A DNA stretch of 64,000 nt from Thermodesulfobacteriota bacterium (GCA_040755035.1 JBFMBU010000082.1:25464-89463); one strand, 5' to 3'; counted from the stretch's first letter, positions 30,188 to 39,896 are shown. Notes: generated by a model from the sequence alone, not told the origin. Translations and numbers: made by a program.

Positions 30188-30993
30188 ATTTTCTTTTGTA
30201 TCTCTTCACTTGTCAAATCTGCAAATCCACGAACGATCCATTCCCTGGCGAGGTCAAACCAGGACCACATTCTTTCAATCGATTTATCCTTTCCAATCCC
30301 CCTTACGGTTGATTCCATCATTATAATCGGAACATTAACATCCCGTGATACTCCATTGCGGATTTTAATGTGCAACCGTCCCGACTGATTTGGCAGAACA
30401 AAAGTAGTATTCCAATTGATTCCCTCTGGTTCTGGGAGAAAACGACTGTTTCCTTTTCCAATAATATGGTCCGGGAAAACCTTGCCAATTTCTTTTAAAG
30501 TCGTCCAAAGTTCATTCTGAGATATATGGTTAACGTAAGTCATTTCATATTGGAGAGGTTCTATAGGACCTAAATCGTTTTCTTTTAAAAAAGACTGAAA
30601 ATGCTCCAGACGATCTTTAAATATCGCAATAACCTCATGATACCGAGGATATGCATCATCCGGTCGGACCTTCTTCCAATTATGTAGAAACCGGTCCCTT
30701 TGTATCTGAATAATTCCTCTGCCGTCCGAATGGATAAACCAGATTCGAGGTAACGGTGGTTTGTCACTAAAAGCAAATTGAGCCTCAACTGGTCCTTCAA
30801 ATCGCTCAATAACCGGAGTTAATGGAGGAACTTCCTGGCAATTTGGATATTCACTTTTATACTTCTCCCAAATCACACCCAGGTGTGGAGCAAGCAGGGA
30901 TTCGATTGATTTAAAAAGAACTCCGCAAACCACCTCGATGACCGGGGGATTTTCATAACTGGGGAATTCTGTCTTTTTAATATTCATTTTCAT
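30172..30993 (-). CDS. TIGR04255-like conserved hypothetical protein (island operon gene 1)
   Basis: 273 aa. The N-terminal motif (YENPPVIEVVCGVLF) resembles the uncharacterised TIGR04255 family. Confidence 0.5.
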   Translation of the reverse strand: MKMNIKKTEFPSYENPPVIEVVCGVLFKSIESLLAPHLGVIWEKYKSEYPNCQEVPPLTPVIERFEGPVEAQFAFSDKPPLPRIWFIHSDGRGIIQIQRDRFLHNWKKVRPDDAYPRYHEVIAIFKDRLEHFQSFLKENDLGPIEPLQYEMTYVNHISQNELWTTLKEIGKVFPDHIIGKGNSRFLPEPEGINWNTTFVLPNQSGRLHIKIRNGVSRDVNVPIIMMESTVRGIGKDKSIERMWSWFDLAREWIVRGFADLTSEEIQKKIWRKL

Positions 30994-31126
30994 TTTCCTT
31001 AAAGACTTAACCGGCGTTTATCAATTATATTATACTTTTTCCCTCCAAATATATATATAAATTTAGTCACTACCCTCTCATTTTCAACTCTAAGTTTAAA
31101 AATCTACAATTATAACGCCACAATAT

Positions 31127-31447
31127 TTAAGTTTTATTAGAATATTCAATTAGTTTTATTTCATCAGAAGTTAAGTTATAAAGATCATAGACCAGCCGGT
31201 TGATTTCGGTTTCGAGCTGAGGAACAGAGGGGCTGTCGGGATCGGCCAGGATAGTCTGGACGAGTTTGATGATTGGGGCTTTTTGCTTTTCTGATGCAGG
31301 GAAAACAGGAACACCTCCCACATACATGGGTTTATATTGCAGGAACCCACCGGAACGGGTGGCAGCCTGAAGGCTGATCCACCATTTGCAAAGAAGTGAG
31401 TTTGAAACGGTTAAGAGGTAACGATCCTTTGTCGGGATGATATTTGC
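31127..31447 (-). pseudogene. C-terminal relic (about 107 codons) of a Type IIG/BREX-PglX-like N6-adenine DNA methyltransferase
   Basis: The frame is open from the stop at 31448-31450. It reads ...LLTVSNSLLCKWWISLQAATRSGGFLQYKPMYVGGVPVFPASEKQKAPIIKLVQTILA...EINRLVYDLYNLTSDEIKLIE, which are hallmark C-terminal motifs of these methyltransferases. There is no upstream methyltransferase body. Confidence 0.6.
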
Positions 31448-31632
31448 TCACAATCGTTACGAATGAAGGGACGAAGTTTCACACCATTCCCCGGCAGTAG
31501 AAACTTCTTTGAACTCCCTTTTTTTTATATAAGGAGCAATTTCTTCCTGGAGTTTTTGAAAGCTTTTCTTTGCCTCATCAAAACGAATTTGTTTATTTTT
31601 TTCAATTTGATTTTTAGATTCTATTTTATCAT

Positions 31633-32535
31633 TCATTTGTTTTCCTCTCTAATTCCTGCAGCAAATGAAAGGTTTTTACTTTCAATACATTTTGAAGATT
31701 TAGTCGAAACAAGGTTATTTGTTCGAATATACAACTCGTAAATCAACTCCCAAAATCTGTTTTTTACATCCTTTGATTCTATTTGTAGGCCGCATTGCTC
31801 TGCCTCTTCTCGGTAAATCGGTCTGCCATGTGTTTTGGTTCGCTCTGGTGTTAAAAATATTTTAATTTTATTTATTATTTCATCATTTGAAAATCCATTC
31901 ATCATACCGGAGGCGAGTGTTCTTATTGCAATATCTTCTGCCAAGGATTGGGCTGCCCTAAATTCCTTAATTTCCCTTTCATCATAATTTGCCAATTGCT
32001 GCAAATAAGGCTGCAAATTCCCCTTCTCGTTTACGGCTCTTAAAAATAAGTCGTCATAGCTCTCGATAACGTTATAAACTGAAAATCTTTTAACGGTATT
32101 ACCTTCGGGGATTGTGAGTTGGGGATCAATTGGGCCTAATTCTGATGTTGGCCCCATAATAATCTTGCTTGCCCCAAAACATATCATTGTTGCTGCAGAT
32201 TTTGCCTTTCCTGGTACAATTGCCCAATATTCGTCAGTTCCACTATAGCTCCTGCAGACATTAACTATCCTTTCAGCAGCAAGGCCATCACCACCGGGTG
32301 AATTAATAAATAACGCCAATCCCTTTGTCAGGTCTAGTTTTTGTAAAACCCCTTCTAACATATCAGCATCGGCATCTTCGATCATAACAGGGAACCTAAA
32401 ACTTGTAAAAAAAGAAACCACAGGCCTTTTGAGTTCTTTTTCCAACTGATCAAAAATTATTTGGCGCGTTTCATGCCCTTGGTGTTGTTCCGTTAAAACT
32501 CTCTGAATGACCGGATATGGATTTTCTTTTTTCAT
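31633..32535 (-). CDS. SDH-family Clp-fold serine protease (S49/ClpP-like)
   Basis: 300 aa. Contains LALFINSPGGDGLAAERI, the ClpP/S49 INSPGG-type active-site region. Confidence 0.65.
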   Translation of the reverse strand: MKKENPYPVIQRVLTEQHQGHETRQIIFDQLEKELKRPVVSFFTSFRFPVMIEDADADMLEGVLQKLDLTKGLALFINSPGGDGLAAERIVNVCRSYSGTDEYWAIVPGKAKSAATMICFGASKIIMGPTSELGPIDPQLTIPEGNTVKRFSVYNVIESYDDLFLRAVNEKGNLQPYLQQLANYDEREIKEFRAAQSLAEDIAIRTLASGMMNGFSNDEIINKIKIFLTPERTKTHGRPIYREEAEQCGLQIESKDVKNRFWELIYELYIRTNNLVSTKSSKCIESKNLSFAAGIREENK

Positions 32536-32596
32536 ACAATTTTCCTTTTCGAAATATTATAGCATAAAATTAATAGGAATTTATTATTATTTTAAT

Positions 32597-32806
32597 TTAA
32601 TTTCCTTCCTGTTTATTATTACCATAAGTTTCAACTAGTTCTATCTCCTCCGGTGTTAGGTTGTAGAGGCCATAGACGAGGTGGTTAATTTCGGTTTCGA
32701 GTTGGGGGACAGAGGGGCTGTCGGGATCGGCCAGGATGGTCTGGACGAGTTTGATGATTGGGGCTTTTTCACTGGCAGCAGCAAATGAGATAATCATCAT
32801 TCCCAT
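32597..32806 (-). pseudogene. Second, shorter copy of the methyltransferase C-terminal relic
   Basis: ASEKAPIIKLVQTILADPDSPSVPQLETEINHLVYGLYNLTPEEIELVE. About 110 bp of DNA (32662-32769) is roughly 93% identical to 31176-31283. Confidence 0.55.
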
Positions 32807-32854
32807 CTATTCCACTTCGGATCAGACAAACCCAAACTAATCAATTTTAGCTGA

Positions 32855-35464
32855 TTATTTTGATATTGTTTTTTGTATCAAAGCCCAATCAGTCCCTTTA
32901 GCCATAACGAACAAACATCTTCCCCCGCTTCTTTCAGCCCAAAGCTCCCCTACAACCCTTTTTTCTTTTGAATCATCATTGCTCCAGAGATGTTCTCCTT
33001 TAAATTCCACCACCAATATCCTATCATCCTGTAATTTGGCGATGAAATCGGGATAGAATCGGTCAGTAGAGGTTTGAAGCCAAAAGGATGTATCTCTGCG
33101 ACGTTCTAAATTCCGAACCCAATATTTTATTTGAGGCTGGCTGTCTAAGAATATGGCACAGTCCAATTCTTCCCCTTCGGATTTTAATTCTCCAATTGTT
33201 TTAAAAAAATGCTTTCGGAATTTGAATAAGCCTTCATAATACCAATTGGGGGCATACTTTTCTTCGATAAAACTAAAACAGAGTTCCGAATTAACTTCAA
33301 TCTTAAATGAATCCGGACCGAATAAGCATTGTTGGTAAGCCTTAAGGTTCTGAGAACGGCGGTGGTTTTGAATTTTTGACTCAAAGGCATTCTTTAACCG
33401 AAATTTTTCCCTGGCTAACCGCTCAATGGTTAGATCTCGGTGCTCGATTAGTCCACTGATCCCCTTATGGATGAAAAGACCGGTCTGGGTTTGGGGAATA
33501 TCCGGGTGGGGTATCTGACGGTCGATCCAATTTGCCAATGAGGCCACCGTCCAGCCCGGTTCCGAAGAAAGCCAGTCAAGTTGCTCATGGATTTTATCGA
33601 TAAAATGGACTTCAATCTTTCCTTGATCATCAACATCCAATTCCCCTGTGGACCCTGCAATCCTTTTTGAGGGAAATTCTCCTTCACTTAAAAAAGCGTC
33701 ACATTCAGATAGATTCCAATGAAAGTCCAAGAAGTGGCTTTCTTCAAACACCTCCAATTGATCCTCACTTCGGATCCCCATTAAGGGAATGATAAACTCA
33801 TCTTTCTTTCCTTGAGACGGCACTGACCCGTCGCCCCCCCTTGGTAATCTATCAAAAAGTTGCTTAATCGCGGTCTGATCCTCAAGACTACTCAAAGAAT
33901 TTAGAACACTCTGCCTTTCGGCGGCATTAAGATCTCCGGTTAAGGTCAATTTTCCGGTGCTTTGCTCATAAGATACTACTTGCTGAATTAAAGGAGACAG
34001 TTTTGATAAATCAGGGGGTTGGGAAATCCTTTCGAATAATGGCCCCGGATGGGTCACCCACCTGATTTGTTCATTGGGTATCACAAAATCATTGGCTTCT
34101 ATTCTTTGGAAACCGTTCTCAATGAGGGCATCCTTTAAGGCGTTGGCGGCTTCAATAAATTTAGGAGAGGCGACAAAGGCATAGGCACAATTTAATTCAG
34201 GGTGATTTTTCTTTTTTGCTCCCGGTAAACGGAGGACCCGGCCTAAAATTTGTTCTACCGCGCGGGAAGAACTGATTTCAGCTACGGAGCATAAGATGTA
34301 GGCAAAAGAACAATCCCAACCTTCCTTGAGGGCATACACCGTGATAATAAAACGAATGGGACAGGCAGGGTCAAATAAGTCAACATCATCAATCTGCCGG
34401 GTTTGACCGGTGGCTACGGCAATTTGCTCTTCTGGAATTTTAAAGTCTTCAATCAAACCCTTTCGGAGCGCTTCTACTGATAATGTTTGCTTTTCTTTGC
34501 TCTTAGGTTGAGCTTGTAACAGCACCAGAGGGCGGAGATATTCTCCCGTCAATTTTTCTTCTCTTTTTCCCATCTCCTCCAAGCTGCGCTGCATCTGGAG
34601 GGCTTCGGTAATAACCTCCTGCCAGTCCACATTGGTCGCCAACCTGATTGGAAGCTTTATCATTTCCTGGGTCTTTAGCTCGGCGGCCGACACATGACAC
34701 AAGACGTTACTGGCAAATAGTTCTTGGTCCGGTTTATGAATCATTTCAGGGGTGGCCGTAAACTCAATAATACAGGAAGGATTAAAACGGGCCAGTGTGT
34801 CGAAGGATAGTGGCGTTCGGGCATTATGGGCCTCATCCATAATAACAATGGGTCTCCATAGTCTTAAAACATTGGAAAGGGAATGCTGGAAAGTACTATC
34901 CTCTTCCCTGTCAAGACCTTCCTTAACTTTTTCGGACAAACCGGAAAAATGATGGGAAAGGGCACTGGAGGATTCATAAACCTTTCTGCCTTCTGTGTCC
35001 TCAACACGGAGGGCGGCTAAGGTTGAAACAATGATTGATGTCTCGCCCTCCAAGGTGCTTCTTTGGACATATAAGGCCTCGCTGATATCCATGACCCTGA
35101 CCAATCCTTCAAATTGAGCATCAAGCACTTGGCGGTAGGGATGTTCACGATTCCGTAAGGCAGCCAAGGTTTGGTCTTTAATAGCGTTTGAAGGGACCAG
35201 CCAGAGGCAAACGGCCCGTTCCGTTTGTAAAAAAGATCGTGCAGCAATCCCTAAAGTATGGCAGGCCATTAAGGTCTTTCCGCCGCCGGTAGGGACCCGA
35301 AGGCAAACATAAGGCAATTCAGGAAGTCGAGGAACAGACCGGTAAGGTCTTTCAGTTTGAAGCAGGAAGGCCCTTTTTGCACCCTCCAGGGTTGCCAGGC
35401 CCAAATAGGTCGTTAATTCCTCAAGACTTCGTCTCTGGTATTCTCGAAGTGGAAGCATGTTCAA
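32855..35464 (-). CDS. res: Type III restriction enzyme Res subunit (SF2 helicase + PD-(D/E)xK nuclease)
   Basis: Walker A (VPTGGGKT) and a DEAH box (VIMDEAHN). C-terminal nuclease motif (YPDF...VVEFKGE). Overlaps the end of mod by 4 bp. Confidence 0.85.
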   Translation of the reverse strand: MNMLPLREYQRRSLEELTTYLGLATLEGAKRAFLLQTERPYRSVPRLPELPYVCLRVPTGGGKTLMACHTLGIAARSFLQTERAVCLWLVPSNAIKDQTLAALRNREHPYRQVLDAQFEGLVRVMDISEALYVQRSTLEGETSIIVSTLAALRVEDTEGRKVYESSSALSHHFSGLSEKVKEGLDREEDSTFQHSLSNVLRLWRPIVIMDEAHNARTPLSFDTLARFNPSCIIEFTATPEMIHKPDQELFASNVLCHVSAAELKTQEMIKLPIRLATNVDWQEVITEALQMQRSLEEMGKREEKLTGEYLRPLVLLQAQPKSKEKQTLSVEALRKGLIEDFKIPEEQIAVATGQTRQIDDVDLFDPACPIRFIITVYALKEGWDCSFAYILCSVAEISSSRAVEQILGRVLRLPGAKKKNHPELNCAYAFVASPKFIEAANALKDALIENGFQRIEANDFVIPNEQIRWVTHPGPLFERISQPPDLSKLSPLIQQVVSYEQSTGKLTLTGDLNAAERQSVLNSLSSLEDQTAIKQLFDRLPRGGDGSVPSQGKKDEFIIPLMGIRSEDQLEVFEESHFLDFHWNLSECDAFLSEGEFPSKRIAGSTGELDVDDQGKIEVHFIDKIHEQLDWLSSEPGWTVASLANWIDRQIPHPDIPQTQTGLFIHKGISGLIEHRDLTIERLAREKFRLKNAFESKIQNHRRSQNLKAYQQCLFGPDSFKIEVNSELCFSFIEEKYAPNWYYEGLFKFRKHFFKTIGELKSEGEELDCAIFLDSQPQIKYWVRNLERRRDTSFWLQTSTDRFYPDFIAKLQDDRILVVEFKGEHLWSNDDSKEKRVVGELWAERSGGRCLFVMAKGTDWALIQKTISK

Positions 35465-37152
35465 CTGACCTTGATATCATATGGGATTTGTTTGAAGGTG
35501 ATTCCTTCTTTCCTGAGCCGGGTCTCCCCGATCCGACAACCCTCCCCATAAACAACTTTTGGCCCATCATGCCCGGGTAGGGCTTGAAGGACTTCAAGGG
35601 TCAATATATTACCGCCATTAGGCCGTTTGTCCCCCAGCACTCCATTAAACAAAAGAAAAATGGCCTGACCATTATGGATTCCTAAAAAAGGGGATTTCCC
35701 CTTTACCGTTTTAGGAATCGGCGAACCTGTCTCAGAAAAGAATACATGAGCTGATAGATCGGCAAAAGTAACCGTTGGGCGAATATTTCCGGCCTCATCA
35801 AAAAGCGGCTCCCCAAGCCTGCAATAGCGAAATCCTCCATCAAGTCCCGTGGTGTTCCCATAGCCGTTAACAGCCCTTGTTAGTCTTTGTGCCGTTACCT
35901 TGCGGCAGATGTTTTCATCCATCTCGACCAGGATAAAGCGCCGGTTTCCCCCATCCTCTTTGTTCAGGCCAAGGACAGCATGTCCGGTAGAACCACTGCC
36001 GGCAAAGGAATCAAGAACCAGAGAATCTTTGTCTGTCCCTATTTCTAAAATACGTTTGATCAATCGGGTTGGTTTTGGGGTAATAAAAACGGAGGCCGAA
36101 TCCTCAAAGTCACAAATAGCTACGAGTTCTTTTTTTGCATCCTGTGTATGGCCAACATCCTGGTAGCCCCATAGGGTTTGCGGAACGACACCTTGCTTAA
36201 CTTCGGATAAAAATCTTTTCAACTGCGGAATGGAATCCCCTTTTTTCCCCCACCAAATTCTCTTATCTGCATCAAGTTCAAGGAATTTTTCCTTTGCGTA
36301 TCGCCAGTATGCCCCCTTTGGTGGCCCCTCGATCACGCGTCCAGAAGGGCAGGTAATTGAATAGGTGCCTCTGCTGTAAGGGTTCCTTGCATCTAATCCG
36401 CTCGGTTTCCAAAGACCTCGGGGATCATTGTCTGGGTTTTTATATGCCTTGTCTTGCTTTATGGTTCGAGAGATAAGATTCGGGCGCCAGACATCCGCCG
36501 ACTTCGCATAGACAATGATATAATCATGATCTTCTGAAAAATGTTTTGCCGAATTTTTTGGAGAATAGACTTTTTGCCATATTACGGCTGCAATAAAGTT
36601 TCGCGGTCCAAAAACCTCATCCATCAGCATCCGAAGAGAGGACACTTCATTGTCATCAATACTGATAAAGATTGCCCCGTCCTCTGACAAGAATTCCCTT
36701 AAGAGCGAAAGACGTGGATACATCATGCACAACCATTTGTCGTGCCGGGAAAGATCCTCTGCCTCAGACCCTACCACCTTGCCCAGCCAACGCCTCATTT
36801 CAGGGCTATTGACGGCATCATTGTAAACCCAATTTTCATTGCCGGTATTATAGGGGGGATCGATATAGATACACTTGACCTTTCCGGCATAGAAGGGGAG
36901 CAAAGCCTTGAGGGCCAAAAGGTTATCACCCTGAACCAACAGATTCCCGCTGTCCAGGTCTCCAAGAGAAAGATTTTCTTCGTTATGTAAAAGATGATAG
37001 GGGACCTGACGGTGGTGATTCAAAACCGCCTTTTTCCCGATCCATTCAAGTGTTGGCATTTTATGCCCTTTTATTAAAAATAAATAATCTGAATCGAAAT
37101 ATATTTCATTTATCTTATTGATCGCGGTTTTGAAATATCTCCCCGAGATCAA
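35461..37152 (-). CDS. mod: Type III restriction-modification Mod subunit (N6-adenine DNA methyltransferase)
   Basis: DPPY motif (CIYIDPPYNTG) and an FxGxG region (VLDSFAGSGSTGHA). N-terminus resembles EcoP15I-Mod. The start may instead be MPTLEWIGK at 37056. Confidence 0.85.
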   Translation of the reverse strand: MISGRYFKTAINKINEIYFDSDYLFLIKGHKMPTLEWIGKKAVLNHHRQVPYHLLHNEENLSLGDLDSGNLLVQGDNLLALKALLPFYAGKVKCIYIDPPYNTGNENWVYNDAVNSPEMRRWLGKVVGSEAEDLSRHDKWLCMMYPRLSLLREFLSEDGAIFISIDDNEVSSLRMLMDEVFGPRNFIAAVIWQKVYSPKNSAKHFSEDHDYIIVYAKSADVWRPNLISRTIKQDKAYKNPDNDPRGLWKPSGLDARNPYSRGTYSITCPSGRVIEGPPKGAYWRYAKEKFLELDADKRIWWGKKGDSIPQLKRFLSEVKQGVVPQTLWGYQDVGHTQDAKKELVAICDFEDSASVFITPKPTRLIKRILEIGTDKDSLVLDSFAGSGSTGHAVLGLNKEDGGNRRFILVEMDENICRKVTAQRLTRAVNGYGNTTGLDGGFRYCRLGEPLFDEAGNIRPTVTFADLSAHVFFSETGSPIPKTVKGKSPFLGIHNGQAIFLLFNGVLGDKRPNGGNILTLEVLQALPGHDGPKVVYGEGCRIGETRLRKEGITFKQIPYDIKVS

Positions 37153-37157
37153 TTTGA

Positions 37158-37859
37158 TTACTTATGCAGGGCGTCGCCATATTCCAGAAAAAAATTCTCT
37201 ATCTGCTTCAAACGCCCTCCTTTGTCTGGTATCCCTTTTAAGATGAAGGACAGGTAAATCCGCCAGGCCGAATCCGGCAATTCCATATTGGATTCGGTCC
37301 ATCCGAATATCCAATGGGCAGGGATAATCTTGACAAAACCGGGCCAGTAATGTTGAAAAGCCTTTTCTTCTTCGCACAATAACAAATGATATCCGTAATC
37401 CTCGAGGATGTATTCAAGCCTTGACGGTCTTGGTTCTTCATCATCATCGAAGCCAGCCAAGAAATCCTGGTGGGGATCATCATAAACCAAGCCCTTAAGA
37501 TTTTCGATATCAGGATTTTCTTCGAAGTCTTCCGGAAAATCATAGGCGGGGTGTAACCCATGTGAGTTTTCATAAAACCCGGCATCCCAACCAAGAGAAA
37601 TTCCGGAATAATCTTTGCTGGTAAGAATGTAATCCCTGACCTTCTGCTGATTTTCCGTGAGGTCGATTTCACAATTATAAAGATAAGCATGGAGCCACTC
37701 TTCATAAGGGATTTCCTTATTGAAGTTTCCCTGGTCGTCTTTCGGATAATCGTTAAGACGGTAATCTTTCAGGATCAGCATATCCCTGTAAACCACTTCA
37801 TCCGGATAAGGGACAACCCATCCGTTATTAAGCACTTTTTGGATACGAAAAGATTCCAT
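37158..37859 (-). CDS. Acidic hypothetical protein co-operonic with mod-res
   Basis: 233 aa, very Asp/Glu-rich. Its stop lies 5 bp upstream of the annotated mod start. No recognisable domain. Confidence 0.5.
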   Translation of the reverse strand: MESFRIQKVLNNGWVVPYPDEVVYRDMLILKDYRLNDYPKDDQGNFNKEIPYEEWLHAYLYNCEIDLTENQQKVRDYILTSKDYSGISLGWDAGFYENSHGLHPAYDFPEDFEENPDIENLKGLVYDDPHQDFLAGFDDDEEPRPSRLEYILEDYGYHLLLCEEEKAFQHYWPGFVKIIPAHWIFGWTESNMELPDSAWRIYLSFILKGIPDKGGRLKQIENFFLEYGDALHK

Positions 37860-38166
37860 GGGGTTTTCCTATTATAATCTCCCTGGGAGTAATAAATACA
37901 TTTGCTTAATAATCAAAATGAAAGATTCCGTGAGATTGAAGTTTTTCTCATTGGTGATGAAGGTTAGGTCGGTGGTCATTTTTCCTAAAAGGAAAGATAT
38001 TAAATAAGAGGAATTATAGCAACCCTTGAAAATTAATCAATTATTTCTTTTATTAAGAATCGCAAGATAAACAAAATTAAATGACCTGGGGTTTAAAAGA
38101 GAAAAAAGTGCAATAGACCGTCGAACTCTTTAGGGGAATTTTTTTGTCACATGAAAAACGGTTTTT

Positions 38167-39543
38167 TCATACCTTTTTTTTCTTCCAGCGCCCCTTTTGG
38201 AAGTAAACAATATAGGCCGCCGCTCCGAAGACCAGGCTTAACACCAGGGCCCAGCGGATACCATAAACCCCCAGACCGGTCAGGCGCGGGAGCAGAAAAG
38301 CAGACGGTAAAAGAATCAGCCAGGTGCTGAGGATACTGATGAACATAGGGGGGAGGGTATCGCCACTGCCGGAAATGGCATTCTGCAGGCAGAGGATAAA
38401 TCCCTGCACCAAATAGCCGGTGGCGGCGATGCGGAGAAAAGTACTCCCGATTTGAATCAGTTCAGGTTCGATGGTAAACAGGCGCATCAGGGAGGGAGCC
38501 AGGAGCAGAACGGCAGCGGCGCAGAGGACCATAAAGCCCTCCAGGATAGCCGTGGCCATCCAGCCGGTTTGCTCGGCCCGCCGGGGTTGTTTGGCTCCCA
38601 GGTTTTGACCCACCAGGACCCCGGCCCCCATCCCCAGTCCCAGACCGGGCATAAGGACGAACATCTCCACCCGCTGATTGAGGGTATGGGCGGCCACAGC
38701 CAGGGTGCCGAAAGGAACCATGATTTTCATCAAAACCGTCTGTCCCAAATTCCCTTGAACACCCATGATCAGGGCCGGCAGGCCGATCCTGATCATTTGC
38801 CGGATGCAGACCAAGTCCAGTCGAAAACCCCGCAGGGTCAGTCTCAATCTTGAATTTTCACCAAGAAAAAGGATCCAGAGTGATATGAACATCCCCAGAG
38901 CCTGACCGATGATCATAGCCAGAGCTGCTCCCTGAACCCCGAGTCTGGGGAAAACCCACCAACCGAAGACCAGAAAAGGACTCAAAATAAGCTGGACGCT
39001 GCGGGTAAAGAGATGAATATACATTGGAGTCGTGGCATCCCCGGAGGATTGCATGAGACTGAAGGCCATCAGCCAGAGTGAATAAAAGATCCAACCGCCA
39101 AAGAGCATGCGCATATAATCAGCACCCAGGGCGGCCACCCCCGGCTTTAAGCCAAAAATACTCATTATTTGGGAGGAAAAAATTAAGCCGAGGAAACTAA
39201 AAAAGATCCCGTATAAGACGCTGACCACAAAGGCCTGGGTCCCGATATGATTGGCTCGTTGAAAATCACCACTTCCAATGGCTCTGGCCACCATAGCCCG
39301 AGCCCCGCCGACCAATCCCATTTTAGCTGAAAGGACCAACATATGGACAATAAAGGCTGTACCCACTCCAGCCACCGCCGCGGACCCCAGCCTTCCTATC
39401 CAGATCATATCCACGGTCTGCCCTACCATATAGAGGGCATTGTGGACCATGATCGGCCAGGACAGGGTGACAAGATTACCGGTGACGCTCCCCTGGACCC
39501 AGTTGCGTTGGGAAGACGATCTTTTTTCAGTGGTTGGTTTCAC
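38167..39543 (-). CDS. MATE family efflux transporter
   Basis: 458 aa with 12 transmembrane helices. MATE N-terminal signature (LSWPIMVHNALYMVGQTVDMIWIGRLG). Confidence 0.85.
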   Translation of the reverse strand: MKPTTEKRSSSQRNWVQGSVTGNLVTLSWPIMVHNALYMVGQTVDMIWIGRLGSAAVAGVGTAFIVHMLVLSAKMGLVGGARAMVARAIGSGDFQRANHIGTQAFVVSVLYGIFFSFLGLIFSSQIMSIFGLKPGVAALGADYMRMLFGGWIFYSLWLMAFSLMQSSGDATTPMYIHLFTRSVQLILSPFLVFGWWVFPRLGVQGAALAMIIGQALGMFISLWILFLGENSRLRLTLRGFRLDLVCIRQMIRIGLPALIMGVQGNLGQTVLMKIMVPFGTLAVAAHTLNQRVEMFVLMPGLGLGMGAGVLVGQNLGAKQPRRAEQTGWMATAILEGFMVLCAAAVLLLAPSLMRLFTIEPELIQIGSTFLRIAATGYLVQGFILCLQNAISGSGDTLPPMFISILSTWLILLPSAFLLPRLTGLGVYGIRWALVLSLVFGAAAYIVYFQKGRWKKKKV

Positions 39544-39748
39544 CTTTTTTTCTTCCCTTTACCCTTTCCTTTGGACAATCAGCAATCTCCGTTGTGATAG
39601 AGATTCGTTCCAAAGTTCCCTATCTTCATTTTATAACATCTTTACAAAGAAACAACCATATCTCAAATAGTTCTCCGGACAAGGCTAAAAAGCATAACTA
39701 TCCTCGGTCTTTTCCGTACTTGACGAACCGGCCAAAATAGCCTAATAT

Positions 39749-39810
39749 CCCAACCCGGACCAGAGGGAACCAAAATAGGAAATTGGAAAATTTTTCATTC
39801 GGTCCGGGTA
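39749..39810. repeat. REP-like repeat, copy 5, with tail module 39823-39865
   Basis: cccaacccggaccagagggaacc...ttcggtccgggt, followed by tagaatacattct...tagaattctattcttacg, as in copy 1. Confidence 0.8.
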
Positions 39811-39896
39811 ACGTTACCGTTTTAGAATACATTCTATACCATTTGCATAGAATTCTATTCTTACGTCACTATGACTTTTTAAGGGAATAGAGTATC

